A stretch of DNA of 64,000 bases from Ptychomitrium polyphyllum (lineage: Eukaryota): contig OZ316776.1 in the NCBI GenBank assembly GCA_973851085.1, forward strand, positions 7,688,001-7,752,000, in the 5' to 3' direction. This document shows positions 24,214 through 38,700 of this stretch, piece after piece. The notes under the pieces were generated by a model. It did not search any database. It saw only the letters and a list, made by a program, of their open reading frames with translations, and was not told where the DNA came from. The position numbers were made by a program, and so were the translations under genes. Positions within the stretch are counted from its first letter, which is position 1, and each line of letters starts with the position of its first letter.

Positions 24214-27200
24214 ATGCGCTGCAATGCCTGCGCATTTGCAGGGTTGCTGACTGTGCTGCTCGTGGCTTCCAACATATTGACGCCTGGCCATGGTATAGTG
24301 TCATCTCCATTATTCTCTCCTTCACCGTTTCAATAATCTGTCAAGCAGTTACCATATGTAGGAGTATAAATGGAATGTTCAAGGGACAGAATTAAGGCCA
24401 ATCAATCTACTGTATAACTAGTAGTCTCGAATCAAGGATGTTGACTACTAACAAGTCACAAAAGTCGACTCCTAAAAGAATTACCTATAAGCACAATACT
24501 TGAGTGCTGTATCTTATTTTCCTCGAGACTAATTTCACGGCCAGGATGTGGAATTTAGTCAGCCTAATTTGCAGTGGTTCTTGATTTCTCGTAGGACTGT
24601 CACAGGTGTTTAGTATGCTTTGTTATGATTGTTTGAGCCTTATCGGAATGGTTCTCGGGCCAGAAAATCCTTGTGCCTGAGCTTCAGATGACACATAGAT
24701 TGAGACATCTGCAAGAAAACCCCAATAAGGGGAAAGTCTGATTGAAAGGTTGCTTAATTATTTTTGATAATGAGTGTTCGCGGGCATTATGCGTTCTCAT
24801 CACTGTTCCTCTAAACCTGATATCAACAGACGGCCTTTCTCATATGGAAATGCACACGTAGGCATGTCATGTGGTTGCACTAATTTGTTTTCGATAGTAT
24901 GTGACTATTTTCCTAGAGTGCAAATTTGAAACTGATTTTGTGTTTTTCCTTTGCGCTGCAGCTTTTCCATGTCCAGCAAAGAGTGAACCCACTCATTGGG
25001 TTCCACCTCTAACCCGGAAATCTGGGTCAGACACACCATGCTTCCCATTTTCTAATGGGTTGCCCTCTAGTAATGTAGTGATGCATCTACGAGCCACTGA
25101 AGTTCTGGATGAGAAACCTGCACTAGCACCACAGGATCTGAACCTGCCATTGCTAGGTTCATCCCTAGCTGCTTCTCCAGGAAGACACCGCAATTCGAAT
25201 CGTACAAGGACCAAGCGACCGTTTGTAGCTCCAGCTCCTTCTCCAAGAGCACGAGGGCATCACCATCACACGCAGAGAGGTCAGATGGTGGGAATAAAAG
25301 TAACAATCAGTCTAAATAATTTGTTCGATAAACAAATCTCTCTTGGGCATTAATTTGTAATGATGTTTAATTCAAACAGCTTCTTCGTGCTTTCAATATT
25401 TTCGCTGTTGTCGACTGAGATAAACTACATGGATAGTCAAGCATTCAATCTGTAGTTACTTTATTTATCAGACTGTTGATTGAACATGGATGGTTACAGC
25501 ACCTGCTCCTGCCCCTGCTCCGGTTTTTGCCCCGGTACCATCGATAATCTTTGCTCCACCTCCAAATAATACTCAAGGTACTGAGTAAAATCCTTTATTC
25601 ACTACTGGATTTATAGTGGTGCTAATTGTGGTCACAGAGTTGACTGAGACTAAATGGCATTACTAAGGTGCTGCAAAATCAAGGAGGTAAACATCATACT
25701 ATGATTTTCTGTACATCCCACAGATTGCAAAGAATGTGAAGACGGGTATACCAGCGCGCCAGCGGGTGCTCCGTGTGGATGTGTTATACCTATGACTGCA
25801 AGGTTACAATTGGCAATCAGCCTTGAGAAACTATTCCCATTGGTGGCTGAATTGGCTAAGGAACTCGCGGATAGTCTTTTCTTGCAACCAAGCCAAGTGC
25901 GAATTATGGGAGCGAATGCAGTTGCTCAGTTTCAGGACAAGACAGATGTAACTGCCCAGTTTGTTCCCTTGGCAACGGCTTTTGACAATACTACTGCAGT
26001 GCTTCTGGCTTCCCAAATCTGGGATCGGAAAGTGAAACTTAACGAGACCCTTTTTGGCCGTTACCTCGTCATTTCGGTGCGCTATCCAGGTAACAGCTTC
26101 GTGAGCATCAGGTGGCCGCACTTTGATGTCCTAGAATGCGAGTATCGTGGAGGATTTGGTACATTTCCGGACATGATGTTCAGTTTCCGTAATAAATAGC
26201 ACTCAGCGTTATATGTTCCTCTCATTTTCATCACCGCCCACTCTAAGCTTGATTTTATTTTGTAGGCCTTCCGGGTTCTCCACCTTCTCAAGCCGTGCCT
26301 GATTCCGTCCTTCCACCAGTAAGCAATGGAGGGGCTGCTCAGCGACCGATTGGAGTGGATCTGAATAATGTTGGTCATAGAATGAGTAGTGCAAAAATTG
26401 CTGTGATTGCTCTCGCATCAACTATGGGTGCAGTAATTTGTCTCGGTGTGATCTGGTTAGTGATGCTGAAATGCAATAGTCGAGTCCAGTCTCTTAAAAA
26501 AGCTAGCACAGAGCTCGTCCATTATTCTGCTCCGAGACGCTCTGCACGCTCAGGTACGTTTACCCCTTTCGTGGATTTGGAAACACATTAATTTGGTAAA
26601 GCTAGGTTTCAATTCCATGCAAAGCGATTTGAATGTACGTAGGCATGATAAAGACAACTCCCACTGAAGAAAAAATAGTCTCCTTACTCAATATAGTGCG
26701 ATGAGACTGATACCTAGGCAAAATAACATCCTTACTGACAGACAGAACTGATCATACTCCAAAACACGTCATTCTTGTAGAGTCATATAGTGATCATCAA
26801 AGGAAGGGAGCGTTTGTTAGTGCATGTCGTAAATAGGTGACAGAGAAGATTATGGCTTGATCAAAAGACACATGCTTAATAACTGCAAGTTTCAGGCTTG
26901 AAGTTTAGTATCATCCAGATCCTGCCTCTAAGATTATGTGTGTTGTACCTGCGCAGGCGCAATTTCCGTAGTGTCCGGAAGCTTCCAGTCAGCATCAATC
27001 TCGGGTGAATCTAGTATGCCAGTTTACGCAGGAACTGCCAAGTGTTTGTCCATGGCAGAACTCAGTAGAGCAACTGAAAACTTCAAGCCTGAAAATATTG
27101 TAGGACAGGGAGGCTTTGGAACAGTTTATCAGGGAAAATTGGACGACGGAACACATGTAGCTGTGAAGGTACTAACTCGTGGGGATCAGCAAGGAGGTCG

Positions 27201-28838
27201 AGAATTTGTTGCTGAAGTCGAGATGCTGTGCAGATTACATCATCGAAACCTTGTCAAGCTCGTTGGCATATGTACAGAGGAGATGCGGTGCTTGGTGTAT
27301 GAGCTTATTCCCAATGGCAGTGTTGAGTCGCATTTGCATGGTGAGCACTATTGCCCTTCAGAAGAATGTTTTCCAGAAAAGTCCTCTCGTACATGTTGAT
27401 TTTAGAGGTTCTCAGGAGCTTCCGGACTTGCCAAGGGCACACAATACTGCACCTGTAGGTAAGGAGAATCAATATGACACTTCTAGGAAAATTTTCGATA
27501 TTTGAAAGTGGATCTCGTGAACATCAAGAATCTCATGGATATTAGAAATCCTCACTAAGCGTACATAGTAATTAGAACCTTGTAGCAATCGTTTATATCT
27601 CATTCTTTGTTGTGCCTGGCTTGTGACATTCTCTCCGATTCTTGAGTGTTTATAGTTTGTCTGCCAACCTGCTAATGGGCATATATGCAGGTGTAGATAA
27701 ATTTATCGCTCCACTAGATTGGGAGGCTCGGCTAAAAATTGCATTGGGAGCAGCAAGAGGACTAGCTTATCTTCACGAGGATTCGAATCCGAGGGTGATA
27801 CATCGAGATTTCAAAGCTAGCAATATTTTACTGGAAATGGATTATACTCCCAAAGTATCCGATTTCGGTCTGGCTAAGGCAGCTGCTGAAGGAGGACATA
27901 GTCAGCACGTATCCACTCGCGTGATGGGCACCTTTGGGTGAGTCTAGTTCTCATTGTAAACGATAACTAGTAGCGTTCTTTTTGTTTGTTAGATTGCTCA
28001 ATTTCTCACTTCGCATTTGTGAAACTTGCCGTATTGAAATATTATATGATGGAAGGAACTACGGTCGTAGACGTGGCTGATTAGCTGACGTAATAGATGA
28101 CTTTTGATCCGCAGGTATGTGGCACCTGAATATGCAATGACAGGCCACCTCCTCGTGAAGAGTGACGTATACAGCTATGGAGTGGTCCTTCTAGAGCTTC
28201 TTTCAGGGAGGATGCCTGTCGATATGAATAATCCAGAAGGGCAGCAGAATTTGGTCACATGGGCGCGTCCCCTGCTCACCACTAGAGAAGGGCTGGAGAT
28301 GCTGATTGACCCAGACCTTCAGGGTGATAACTTTTCATTTGACAACTACGCTAAAGTTGCTGCCATTGCTTCGATGTGTGTGCAGCCTGAAGTGTCGCAC
28401 AGGCCATTTATGGGAGAAGTCGTACAAGCTCTGAAACTAGTCTACAATGACTCTGATGCTTGCGAGTCTCACCCAGGGGACTATTCCCCCGACCTCACCA
28501 AATTTGGTGCATGTAGCGATCCCCGAACGCGTTTTCTACCGGATTCATCCTTCCTCAGCAGCGACTATGACTCTGGGCCATTGTACGACAACAGGGACCC
28601 TGATGCACGGCCCCTCTCGGCCTCAGCCGTGTTGTCAGATTCTGGTCGCTCTGTTTGGCAGCATTCGGCTTCCTTCCGTCGCCAGAGCAATTCTGGCCCT
28701 CTCAAGACTTCCACAGGTCACAAACCTCCAGCCTGGTATAGGCTCAGGGCTTCCAAAGCAGTCACTAAGAGCGATCATGTAGCTACTAATGGAAATGACG
28801 TTCATCATGTACCGCGAGATTACTCAACTACTCTGTGA
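24214..28838 (+). CDS. ALE2: ALE2-like receptor-like Ser/Thr kinase (signal peptide, Pro-rich region, SEA-like ectodomain, TM helix, RD kinase)
   Basis: Exons 24214-24292 ([26 protein letters not shown], context GCCACCATG), 24962-25279, 25500-25577, 25724-26089 ([19 protein letters not shown]...LAKELA..QVRIMGA), 26266-26553 ([24 protein letters not shown]), 26957-27340 (GQGGFG, VAVK), 27691-27937 ([11 protein letters not shown]), 28115-28838 ([22 protein letters not shown]). Orthology is inferred from motifs. Confidence 0.88.
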
Positions 28839-30604
28839 CCTTAGACATCCATTTACAATATCTAGTTGTGCATGGCTTTGTGATAATTCCTGTAGACCAC
28901 TTCATTGCAAGGTGGTTCATTCTAATTCGGATAGCTAGCTCCAGGCATCAATTTAATGAATGCTTGTCAAAAACCCTTTCGTCCCACCATTCTTGATAGA
29001 GTACATGATGCCATTAAAGTTTCCATTTTCCACCATCTGTATCCGTGATTCTTCCAAAGGCATCCATTGTAATTCCAAACAATGGTTTGAAGTTAGTCCA
29101 AACAAGTTTCTGATCTGAACAAATCTGTGACAGTCAAGCCGAATATGTTTCGTTGTGGGTCTCTTTGCACTAATATTTCGGAAGCAATCAGAACACCGTA
29201 TCGTTGGAAATTGGGAACCAACTGTGCCCTGGTGCGCATGCTGTTTGGACTTTTGCCGAATTTATTTTCACCAAGCCAATGTCGAAATTGTGATACTGCT
29301 GTCGTAAGAGTTTGAGCTCCGCTCTCATCGTGCAGGACTTGGATATGCTGTTGAATTCCAGAGGCATACTCTGTTTGAGAGCAGGCACCGCAACAAACAA
29401 GGAAGATGCCTTTCAAAGATCTGAAAGAGGTTGTAACACATTTCACAAGCCACCTTCCAAGTCCCACATTTACAATTACACAACTTGTGCCTCACCATTC
29501 CAAATGTACTTATCCACCAATAAAACAAGGTGTGGTTTCTCTGGCGAGTCAAAAAAATTCAACACATCCAGCATAATAATATGGTACACAAGAAGCATAC
29601 AGAAAAACAACTTCGAATGCTATCAGGGCTAGTACCAGCCTCATTCTTCAGGATACATACAAAGGTTACAATATTATGAAAGCAGCCACTAATAATTTGG
29701 GCTGAGTACGTTTTTTGCTATAAACGAGGTTTCTATGGCCACTGGAATTACAGATCTATTTTACACTTCCCCGCTTCAACAATTGTTGAAAACTACCAGA
29801 TCACTTGCCTAATTAAAAAATGTTGGGCAGGATGACATTGTTGCAAAGAATTCAGATGAGTTGATGTCTTCGTGCCTTCCGGTAGGCACCATTACAACAA
29901 CTAGTTCATAAATAAAGCTCGGAGACGATAATAAATTGCATAACTTGTCATGATGACCAACTTGTGATCACCACGCAAGATATCCACCCTCAGTTGCTGC
30001 TGTCTTGAATACGTTCGTCTCTGATTGATCGCAGACATTCTCGCTTGATTACTATAGACGAATGGCTGTCATGTGGTTGATGGTTGACGCGACTTGTGTT
30101 TCTTAACACAGTTCAAAAGGTGACCTACCAAAGCCATTTCCCAATGAAATGCATTTGCCAGGGGGTCGACCGGTCCTGCCCTTTATGAACTAGTTTTTGT
30201 AATTGTGAGGCACAAGTTGGGTCTACCTTGGATCGCGACTTCTTGAGGTGCGATCGAAGCAAGACTTTTTCAAGAATGTTTCTCGCTTGCTCTATGTAGG
30301 CAAAGGAGTTTTAACACAAAATGTTTTTTCGTGTTTACTCAAAAATTGACGACAACCACTCATCGCAAGTGCTCCAGGTCCAATTCGTAGTGAGAACTAG
30401 TTTTCCTCGCCCATTGTCGAGGTTGTTGCTCGTGCCTGTACCCAGAAACGAGCACAATTCAATGGTCAATATTCATGTATTAATAGCAAATGCAAGTACT
30501 TAATGCATGACAGGAAATAACTAAGTGAGAGGGCAGCAACCAATTACAAGCCAAGCAAAGAACACCTATGACCCTAGCCTACATTACGCAAGTTTAGATC
30601 GAGG

Positions 30605-33600
30605 TCAGAAGTTGTACATTGAGGATGTCTTCAACTCTAATAGTTTCCTCCCAAAAGCGGCCCTACTCCTGGGGTCAGCCTTAATGAGATCTCTCATCGT
30701 GGTAGTCTTGGAATGCACCTGCGATACAGACCAAATAGCGTTAGTGGTGCAAGGCCAATTTATCGATACTCATGTTCTTGATCATGTTGTACCTAATTCA
30801 CAACGAGACTCTAGTGGAAGTGACAATCGTGTAAAAACAGAAGCTATTCTATGATATGCGTTTCAGCAATTTCCATAATGTCCCAAAAGACGTTATGATT
30901 GCAACCACAGCAAGCTGCTTGAGGGAATACGAAATACATACCTGTGTTGGTTTCGTTGGTGACCCGAATCCCCGGCGTTCGTAAGAACTGAGTACCTGGG
31001 TCGACGGTTTGCTCGGAGCGAACGACCTGGGTGAAGGTGTCAACAATTTGGTAGAAGTGATTCGCCTGGGAGAAGGTGTCAATATAGGATTGCTAGGGCT
31101 GAGTGGCTTGCGAGCAGGAACCGCAGATTTGGTTGGAGTCGAGAGTTTACACGAAGTCGAAGCTGCAGATTTGGTTGGAGGTGTTAACTTGCGTGGAGTC
31201 AATACAGATTTGGTCGGAGTGCTGCATGATTTCGATGCAGGAAGTGGAAGTGGCCTCCGGGAAGTAGTGGTTTGGGCCAGTTTCGAGTGCAGCGCTCCTT
31301 GAACTTGTGAAAGATGAATTCTAACAGTATCCACCAACTTGCCTTTGGGAAACAAAGAAGGTTTATACCGCTCACAGTAATCAGCACTATTCTCCTTCGC
31401 AAGTCTGGCCTGGATTGCGGAGAGATTTTCGCCGACTTTCTCAGCCCTTTGCTGCAAAGAGGTAAGATCAGCTGCTGAAGATTCCTGCGTGAATAATGGA
31501 TTCTTGCGTAAACAAAGATCTGACTGAACCACGGGTGGAGTGCATTCCTTTTTCACGGTCTCATTTTGAGGCTTCGGTGTCGCTTTTCGAAGAGGTCTGG
31601 TCAAACCCTGAAAGTACAAACATTATAAAGTTTAAGTAAAGATATCTACCAAAAATAATCCCTAAAAATAACATAAGAAGAGTACACAGAAGACTGCATT
31701 TTTCTGATGCAAAAACAAAGTGAACTTCAGAGCAACGTGATTAATGCGAAGGGCTGACAGTTCTTACAATTTGTTTTGCTAATTGACTGACTTTCCCTGC
31801 CAGTCCTGTATAACGCTTGATTTGTTTCACAGGACTTTTCTCACTCCTCACTGATCGAGCAAGCAGAGACTGAGCATCTCCAATAGATGCATTCATTTTA
31901 GTAAGTTGCTGCTCTATCCTCCTCACTTCCAAAGCCAATCCCAATACCTGGATGTCCTCTCTTGTGCGCGACTTTTTCCTGTGAACGAACTCCAGTTCAA
32001 AAAGACGCATTCGACTTCACAATATTGCGAGAAACTCAAACAGAAACTTTAACAGGAACAACAGAATACATTTCGGAAACACATTAATACAATCACTGCT
32101 GACTCAGTTAAAACTTACCTCTCTTCGTCCAAATCCAATTTGTCATCACTCTCTTGAATGAACGTGGGGTTAGTTATTGGACTTTGTAGCCCCTCTATCT
32201 CAGTAAAGAGAGTGCGCTGAGACTTCTGCTCCTCCAGCATGTTGGACATGTCAAATCTTGCGGGTCTAGTGCCCTTCGAAGGGGCCTGCATGACATCCAC
32301 ATTCTATAAATCTTCTCTATTATGACGTTGACCCAAATGGAATTCTCGACTCTTCATTTAGAATATTCACGACATTGTTATATGGAATTAACAACAGGAA
32401 TACCATTCCAAATGCAGAACTATGAACGGCAAAGCCTTTACCTGAGTGAAGAGGATGTCATCAAATTTCTGATTCGTACGTGTGTCGTAAGAAACTGCAT
32501 CGGGACTCAAAGGTTGCTTATTTACACCCTTCTTCCCTTTCTTGTGCACAACTAGTGTTTTCGTGTCCCTCCCGCACCGAGGTTTAAGGGAGTTGTTCGC
32601 CAAGGTAACATTCTTGTCTTCGCAAACAAAACTGACAACCTTTTCAGGCAGAGGGATATCGTCAGCTGGCAAAAACTGCAGTGACATTTCACCTGTCTTT
32701 TGTTCAGCGGTCAGCCAGCAATCATCTGTTGAAAAGATCAAGCTATCAGCTGTTTCCAACTCCAGTTTTCTATGAAAACGTATCATAGCAGGGGGTTTCT
32801 CCTCCTTCAGACACATATCTTTCAGCCTAGAGAGCAATTTTGCAGAGTCGGAAACAGAGTCATCAAGCTTGATGAATTCTTCACAGCGTATTCCCTGTTT
32901 TTTTTTCACTGAAATCTCCACTTGGGGTTCCAGTACTTTACTTCCTAAATCACCATCATCATATGAAGTGGAACAAAGCACCTCTTCAGGCTGCGGTGCT
33001 GGTGTCTCCTCAATGTTATCCAGAAACGTCTGTTGACACAATTAAAGAATCTGGCGATTAGTGCAAGCGCTTATCATGAGGTTCAATTTTGAAAGTGCAT
33101 ATCCAACACCTTTCAAATTGTAAATTTATTTGATTCTTCAAAGGCAGGAGTAACTTAACTTTTCTGTCTAGAACGTCATATTGAATCAACTCCCAAATAT
33201 TTTAAATATGAAATATTGTACTGTATGCAGATATACCTCTTCTTCACTCTTATCAGATGAAGCAGTTTCATTGTCCAGTTTCGCTTCCTCGAGCTGCAAC
33301 TGGACTTGGCACAGCTTCGCTTCCAGTACAGTCAACTGTACATCCTTACGCTGAAGCTCTGCCTCGTAGTTCTCTGCCATCTTCTCAACAGTAGCCGTGT
33401 GCTCAGTGTTCTGCTCTTTCAGCTTATCCCTGTTGCACGAGAAGCATTCACAAGGTCAGTGACATAGCAGGCACCAGCTACATATAGAGATACGGAGGAA
33501 GGCCGAAATCAAACGAACCGCGAGTATACTATTAACAAAGTTCCTAAACAGTTCTAGACCATAAAGTGTATTGCGGAACAGATGTATAACACATAAAAAC

Positions 33601-35779
33601 CTAAATAATGAACAGTTTTGGTGTAAGCTTGAAGTATATCCTTACTTGGCAATTTTGAGCTCCACAGGGAGCTTTTCCATTGATCGTTGATGTGTAACTG
33701 CCATTCTCTCACATTCGGCACATTTAACATCCTTCAAAACATACTGCGTTAACGTACTATTTTTCTCAGTTTTGACCTCAGTTGGACGAATATCTATAGA
33801 CTTCCCTGAACTATATCCCTGGTCTTCCTTTCTTGATTGTGTTAGTTCCGACTCCAGCACTATGATTTTCGACCTGAAGGCTGATAGCCTTTCGTCTTTA
33901 GCTCGCAAGTGTCTTTCAAAGGTCTCAATCTGATTCCAGTGTTTTTCCTCCAACTGAGTAGCAAACCGCCCCTTCACTACTTCAATCCATGCTTTGAACG
34001 CAGGGTCTGCCAAAGGCTCTGCAAATAAAGGAAACAGATACTTAAAGACATGCTTGTCAAATCAGACAGCAGGGGCTTGGAATTGAAAAGTACATCGACT
34101 TGCATTCTGAAAGTCCGCAACTATGAAACATTGATGAAACTGAAGTAATAATAAATACAAAAGCTCACTTTGAACATCTGGTCGTTTGGATCAAATTGCT
34201 GCAGACTACCATCTCAAACAAAAATAAGCAACGTAGTCGTCCAATTCGCTGTGTAAGAGCCCATGTGGTCAGGCAGGTTATAAAGGTTTGAAGTATTATT
34301 CTAAGTTTGATAGGCAAGATAGATGAGAACAATACCTAGAAGGTCTGCAGACATTAAAGCGGGAATGGAAGACGAAGCTGTGCCCTGTGTCTTCGCCCTG
34401 TAAACTGCTACTTGCTTCTCCAAAGCCTCGATCTTCCTGCTATATGTGGCACGGACATTGTTTACTTCCTCAACGTGCGATTTCCGGAGATCCGCAAGTT
34501 TCTCCAACTCGGAACGATTTCCCAAGCTACGATGACTGCGATGACCTGACTTCGCATCTGGAACTTCTACAAAGAGATTCTGCGGAGGCTTCTCCTCTGC
34601 TAGCCTTTTCCATCGACCTGACTCTGCTTCAGCAATTTGCTTTTCAGACACTACGACTGCGAGCTCCCAAGCAAGGTCCTCCTTTTCTTCTCTCTCAACT
34701 GTTGCTCGCTCCAACATGGTAGATATCATAACATCCTTGTCTTCTGATTCTTGCCTCAGTGTCGCTAACTCCTTCAAAAGTTTTTGAGTCATTGCCGAGT
34801 GATCCTCAGTAGCCAAGCTCAAAGCCTCAAGATGTGATTTGGTGGAATCGAGCTCCTCCTCCACTTTTGTTAATCTGCATTCTATTTCCCCCTTCCGGTC
34901 TCTGACTTCATCAAGGATTTTTTCACGTTTAGCTGAATTAGCTATCTCATTTTCGAGCTTCTCGTTCAATTCAGCAGTAATGGCCTTCTCAGCAGCAAAG
35001 CTTGAAGTCAGATCACGACACTCCGCTTCTCTATTTCGAGCATCGTCCATTGCCGACACAATTATGAACTCTTTCTCGTTTAAAATTTTCTCTAGGTCTA
35101 TCAAACGTCTCTCCTTAAGCTCGCAGTCATCCCACTGTCCACTAAGTTTAGGACTACGAAGGCCGCTTGCCTCTTGATTAATCAAATCCTTCCTAAGCAT
35201 GTCAATTTCATTACGGAGGTTTTTCTTTTCAATTTTCCAGTTACGTTCTCGATTGGCGTAAATACGCACTACTTTCTCATTAGCTTTAGCATCCTCTCCT
35301 CTTCTCTCTTTCAATTCTCTAATCTCCTCCTCCGAGTCGACTAATTTCTGCAAGAAATTTATCTTTTCTTGATCCCAATCATTCCTATCTTTCTCCTTCG
35401 ATTCTGTGAATTCTAAAAGCCTCTCCTGCAAATTTTGAGCATTTTGAGCTAAATATTGAAGCCGTTCCATCGCCCCTTTCAGCATCGTCTGAAGAGCCGT
35501 TCGCTGAGGAACGGGGCTGCCGGTACTATCCTTCACATCCTCTTTCACTCTGCTCCCATTAGCACCCCGAATGAGAGCTCCCAGCGCAGCGAAAGCCAAG
35601 GCAACGCCAAAATACTCAGCCAGAAGAGGCCATGGCTCTTCTTCGTGCAGCTCCAAGTACTTGCTCATGAGGTTCTTGCGACCAGACGTTAAGCCTATCA
35701 ACGGGTTCATCAAATCAAACTGCCTGGGACTGTAATTCTCGAGTTCTTGAAGCAAATCCTCAGCTTCCAATCTCTCCAT
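30605..35779 (-). CDS. Large coiled-coil protein of unknown function (myosin-heavy-chain-like; resembles the At5g53020 family from memory) with a basic S/T-P-rich tail
   Basis: Exons 35779-34336, 34018-33646, 33429-33237, 33029-32442, 32303-32118, 31978-31768, 31607-30942, 30718-30605 (TGA); phases are consistent. Motifs EYFGVALAFAAL, RRGEDAKANEKVVRIYA..E..W, LEEKHWNQIETFERHLRAKDERLSAFR, DIQVLGLALEVRRIEQQL. Confidence 0.8.
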
Positions 35780-38700
35780 TTCTGCGGAACGGTGATATCC
35801 TCTTAAGCGGACTACTTGTCTACTTTCCACTTGGCATGCAAGATGCAAGCCTTTCAACACTTGTATCAAAGTGATCCTTAAGCGCTGCTATTCCTTATAA
35901 TAGCCCTGCTACTTAAACACGGATGCTGAACTCATGCAGAATGTCGATGGAGTGCCTGAAAAGTTTTTGACATTAGACGTGATCCTTGCAACTCTCTTCA
36001 GTAAGATTGGGAAAGTGGTCGAAACTATGCTCAAACGCACCCCGAAGCAATCCCATTTCAACGACTGCGGATCCCCGCTTCCACAAATTCCACAAAGGTA
36101 CAAACGCGACATTGTCGACAACGTGAAGGAGCACTTCTAAACGCGCCAAACGCTTAGCACCAGAACAGACATTCGAAGAAGAAGAGCAGGTAAGCAGTAC
36201 AGCACACATTGACGATACCTGAAAGCTTCGAGTAAGATCGCAGACAACGAAACAAGGAGTCTCAATCCATATCATCCTTTCAATTGCGAATTCCGAAACC
36301 GCCAGAAACAGTACCAAAGGCGCCTTCCACGGCGGATCTTTCAAAAAACCCTGTCGAACCTCGAAATTATCCTTCTCCTCAACAGTAACGCTCAAGCACT
36401 AAATGATGCTATGTAGTCATCCTCAAGTAATCCTCAATATATTTCTATCAAGCTCGAAATCAGCAGTTGATCAGATTTCCGAATAAGCGATACCAAGTCA
36501 AAAGAGTCCAAGAACAGACTCAAGCAAATCCGAACAAGGCGAAACGAAAATGAAACTTAATTTCCTACAGTGCGGCATACGGTCCTCGCAGCTAGCCCTG
36601 CCAGCCACACTCATTCAAGTGTGTACAAGCAGAGTACATACACAAATGGCGCCCCTCGCCATCACACCACGAGCCTGGTACGAGTCCTCTCTCACGGGCC
36701 AGAATTACCCCGGCGCTGTCCAGATCCGGCTCTCCCGGAGCGCCCGCTTTAAGTGAACCACTTCTTCAACGCTCACCTGCGTGCTAAACCAGGACTCAGA
36801 AGGGGGAAACAGAATGCCAAAAATAACATCTCCAGCTCGATCACTTCGTCCCCGCCACTGCCTTCGTCATCCCCAGCTCAGCACCCTCCTTCATCCTCCG
36901 CCCGGCCAAACTCCCGTGACCCCGAATCCTGATCCAAAAGAAGATTTTATATCCTTTTGTTTCGGCTGCCCTTCGACGCTACCACGGCATGTGAGAATCG
37001 AGAAACGAGCAATTGCCCGCGCGCAGCCATCCGCACATGGCGATGGCGATGATACTCTTCACGCAAACACTGGCGTGTTTGAACTTGGGTCCCGCCGTTA
37101 GGACGACATTCATTCCCTTCTAGTGACTCGGGGACGAGTTTCATCTCCTGCGTTATGACCTCGCCTTGCATACGCAAAATCGTCACAACCGTCAGTGTAC
37201 CCCAAGACCAACATTATCTAAAAAAGAGTTGTATTGAAGAACCGTCACAAAGCCTCTAAATTCGGTTTAGATTGTTCAATAGAAATGCAGGGACCAATGG
37301 ATGTGAAATTATGTCTAGACTTCTTTGACTCTCCAACTACATTGTATGCGCTGAGGTTGAAGTGCATTTTGATCACAAAAATTCATATGACAATTAACTT
37401 TCTGCTATGCTATATTATTGTGAAGAGTAAGGAAGGGTAGTTTTGAGAGAAGAGTATTTTGAAGGGCACTGAAGTGTTCAACGCACTGAGTACAATGACA
37501 GTTGAGTGTCATCCCTTATTTACCTCCGGACCTCTCAATGAGTTCCATCTTGTTCTCGTGAGCATTGATGAATGAGGCTATGGCTCTGTTGCTGATCGGG
37601 CGGTTGCAACGAAGTTGACGGACCCATCCAACAGCGCTGGCACTCCTCCCTGTCCGTTTCGTTGGTACAATACTGTGATTTATACGGTACTGTTTCCAGT
37701 GTGAGATCCTTGCTGTACCATTGCAAGGAAGACACATCACACGCGACCACTTACGTGATGTCATGTTGATGGGTTATACTTTTCCCAGTCGATGTGGTTT
37801 TTGTCTACTCCTTTCTTTTTTGGGATACATTTTGATGTGAATAAGCTGAAGTTGCAGAGGAGTGGAAATAGGTTTCCACGGGTTGTATATTTTGATGTGA
37901 GGATTTTACGGTGTAATTGGTCTTGTAAGGACAAAGTGCATCCAAAATGGAATCATGTGCACATGACAAAAGTGCATTGAAGAGAGTGTGTGCCATCATA
38001 GCTCTGAGTATTTGTTGTGATGAACTCTGAAGTAAAGTTGGGAGCTTTTTCCTTGCATCAAATACAGAGCCTCGTTTTGATTTGCCAAACCTGGTCATCA
38101 AATCTTTTGTTGTGCCTGCTATTGACTCTTTGGCTTTAGACATTCAGTTTACACTGTCTTTGAAACACTTATTCTACTTGCAGTTGTCTACCCTACTTCA
38201 ACCTAGTTGACATCATTTAAACATAACAGAAATTGGAAGGATTGACCTTGGATATCATTTGCTTTGAGATTTCATTATGGAATGCCTCATTGACTTAGAT
38301 CAGGCAACAACTCCCAACTATAAACTGCCAACTACCAAGGTTGGTACAGCCAATCATCATAATTCAATTTGATTTCTTTTCATAATTCATTTGTCATTCT
38401 ATGGAAACATTTCTTTAAGAATGCAACATATTATGGTTTAAGAGCAACTCAACTCTTGCTCTTAAAAATAACTTTATTAAATGGACCTTGTGAAGCCTGC
38501 TAAGAATATGTAGTTTACTTTTCCATTCTTGTCTATTGTTATTATATTATATTCCCACTATCAAGCAATTTCGTGTTATTTTAAAGTTTGATCCTTATCA
38601 AACTATGAATATCATTTTAAAATCAAAATATGAAATGGCTTGAAGAAAATTATTTTAAACTACCAAAAAAGAGGGTCTTGGTTTGATTTTCAAGAAGTAA

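Noticed and set aside
24155..24395. Alternative ALE2 start via a 40-nt intron or TAG readthrough into the [13 protein letters not shown] frame
   Set aside because: The intron is too short and there is no readthrough context. ATG 24214 gives a clean signal peptide and an in-phase donor.
37805..38143. 112-aa minus-strand ORF in the spacer
   Set aside because: No recognisable domain or supporting exon structure.
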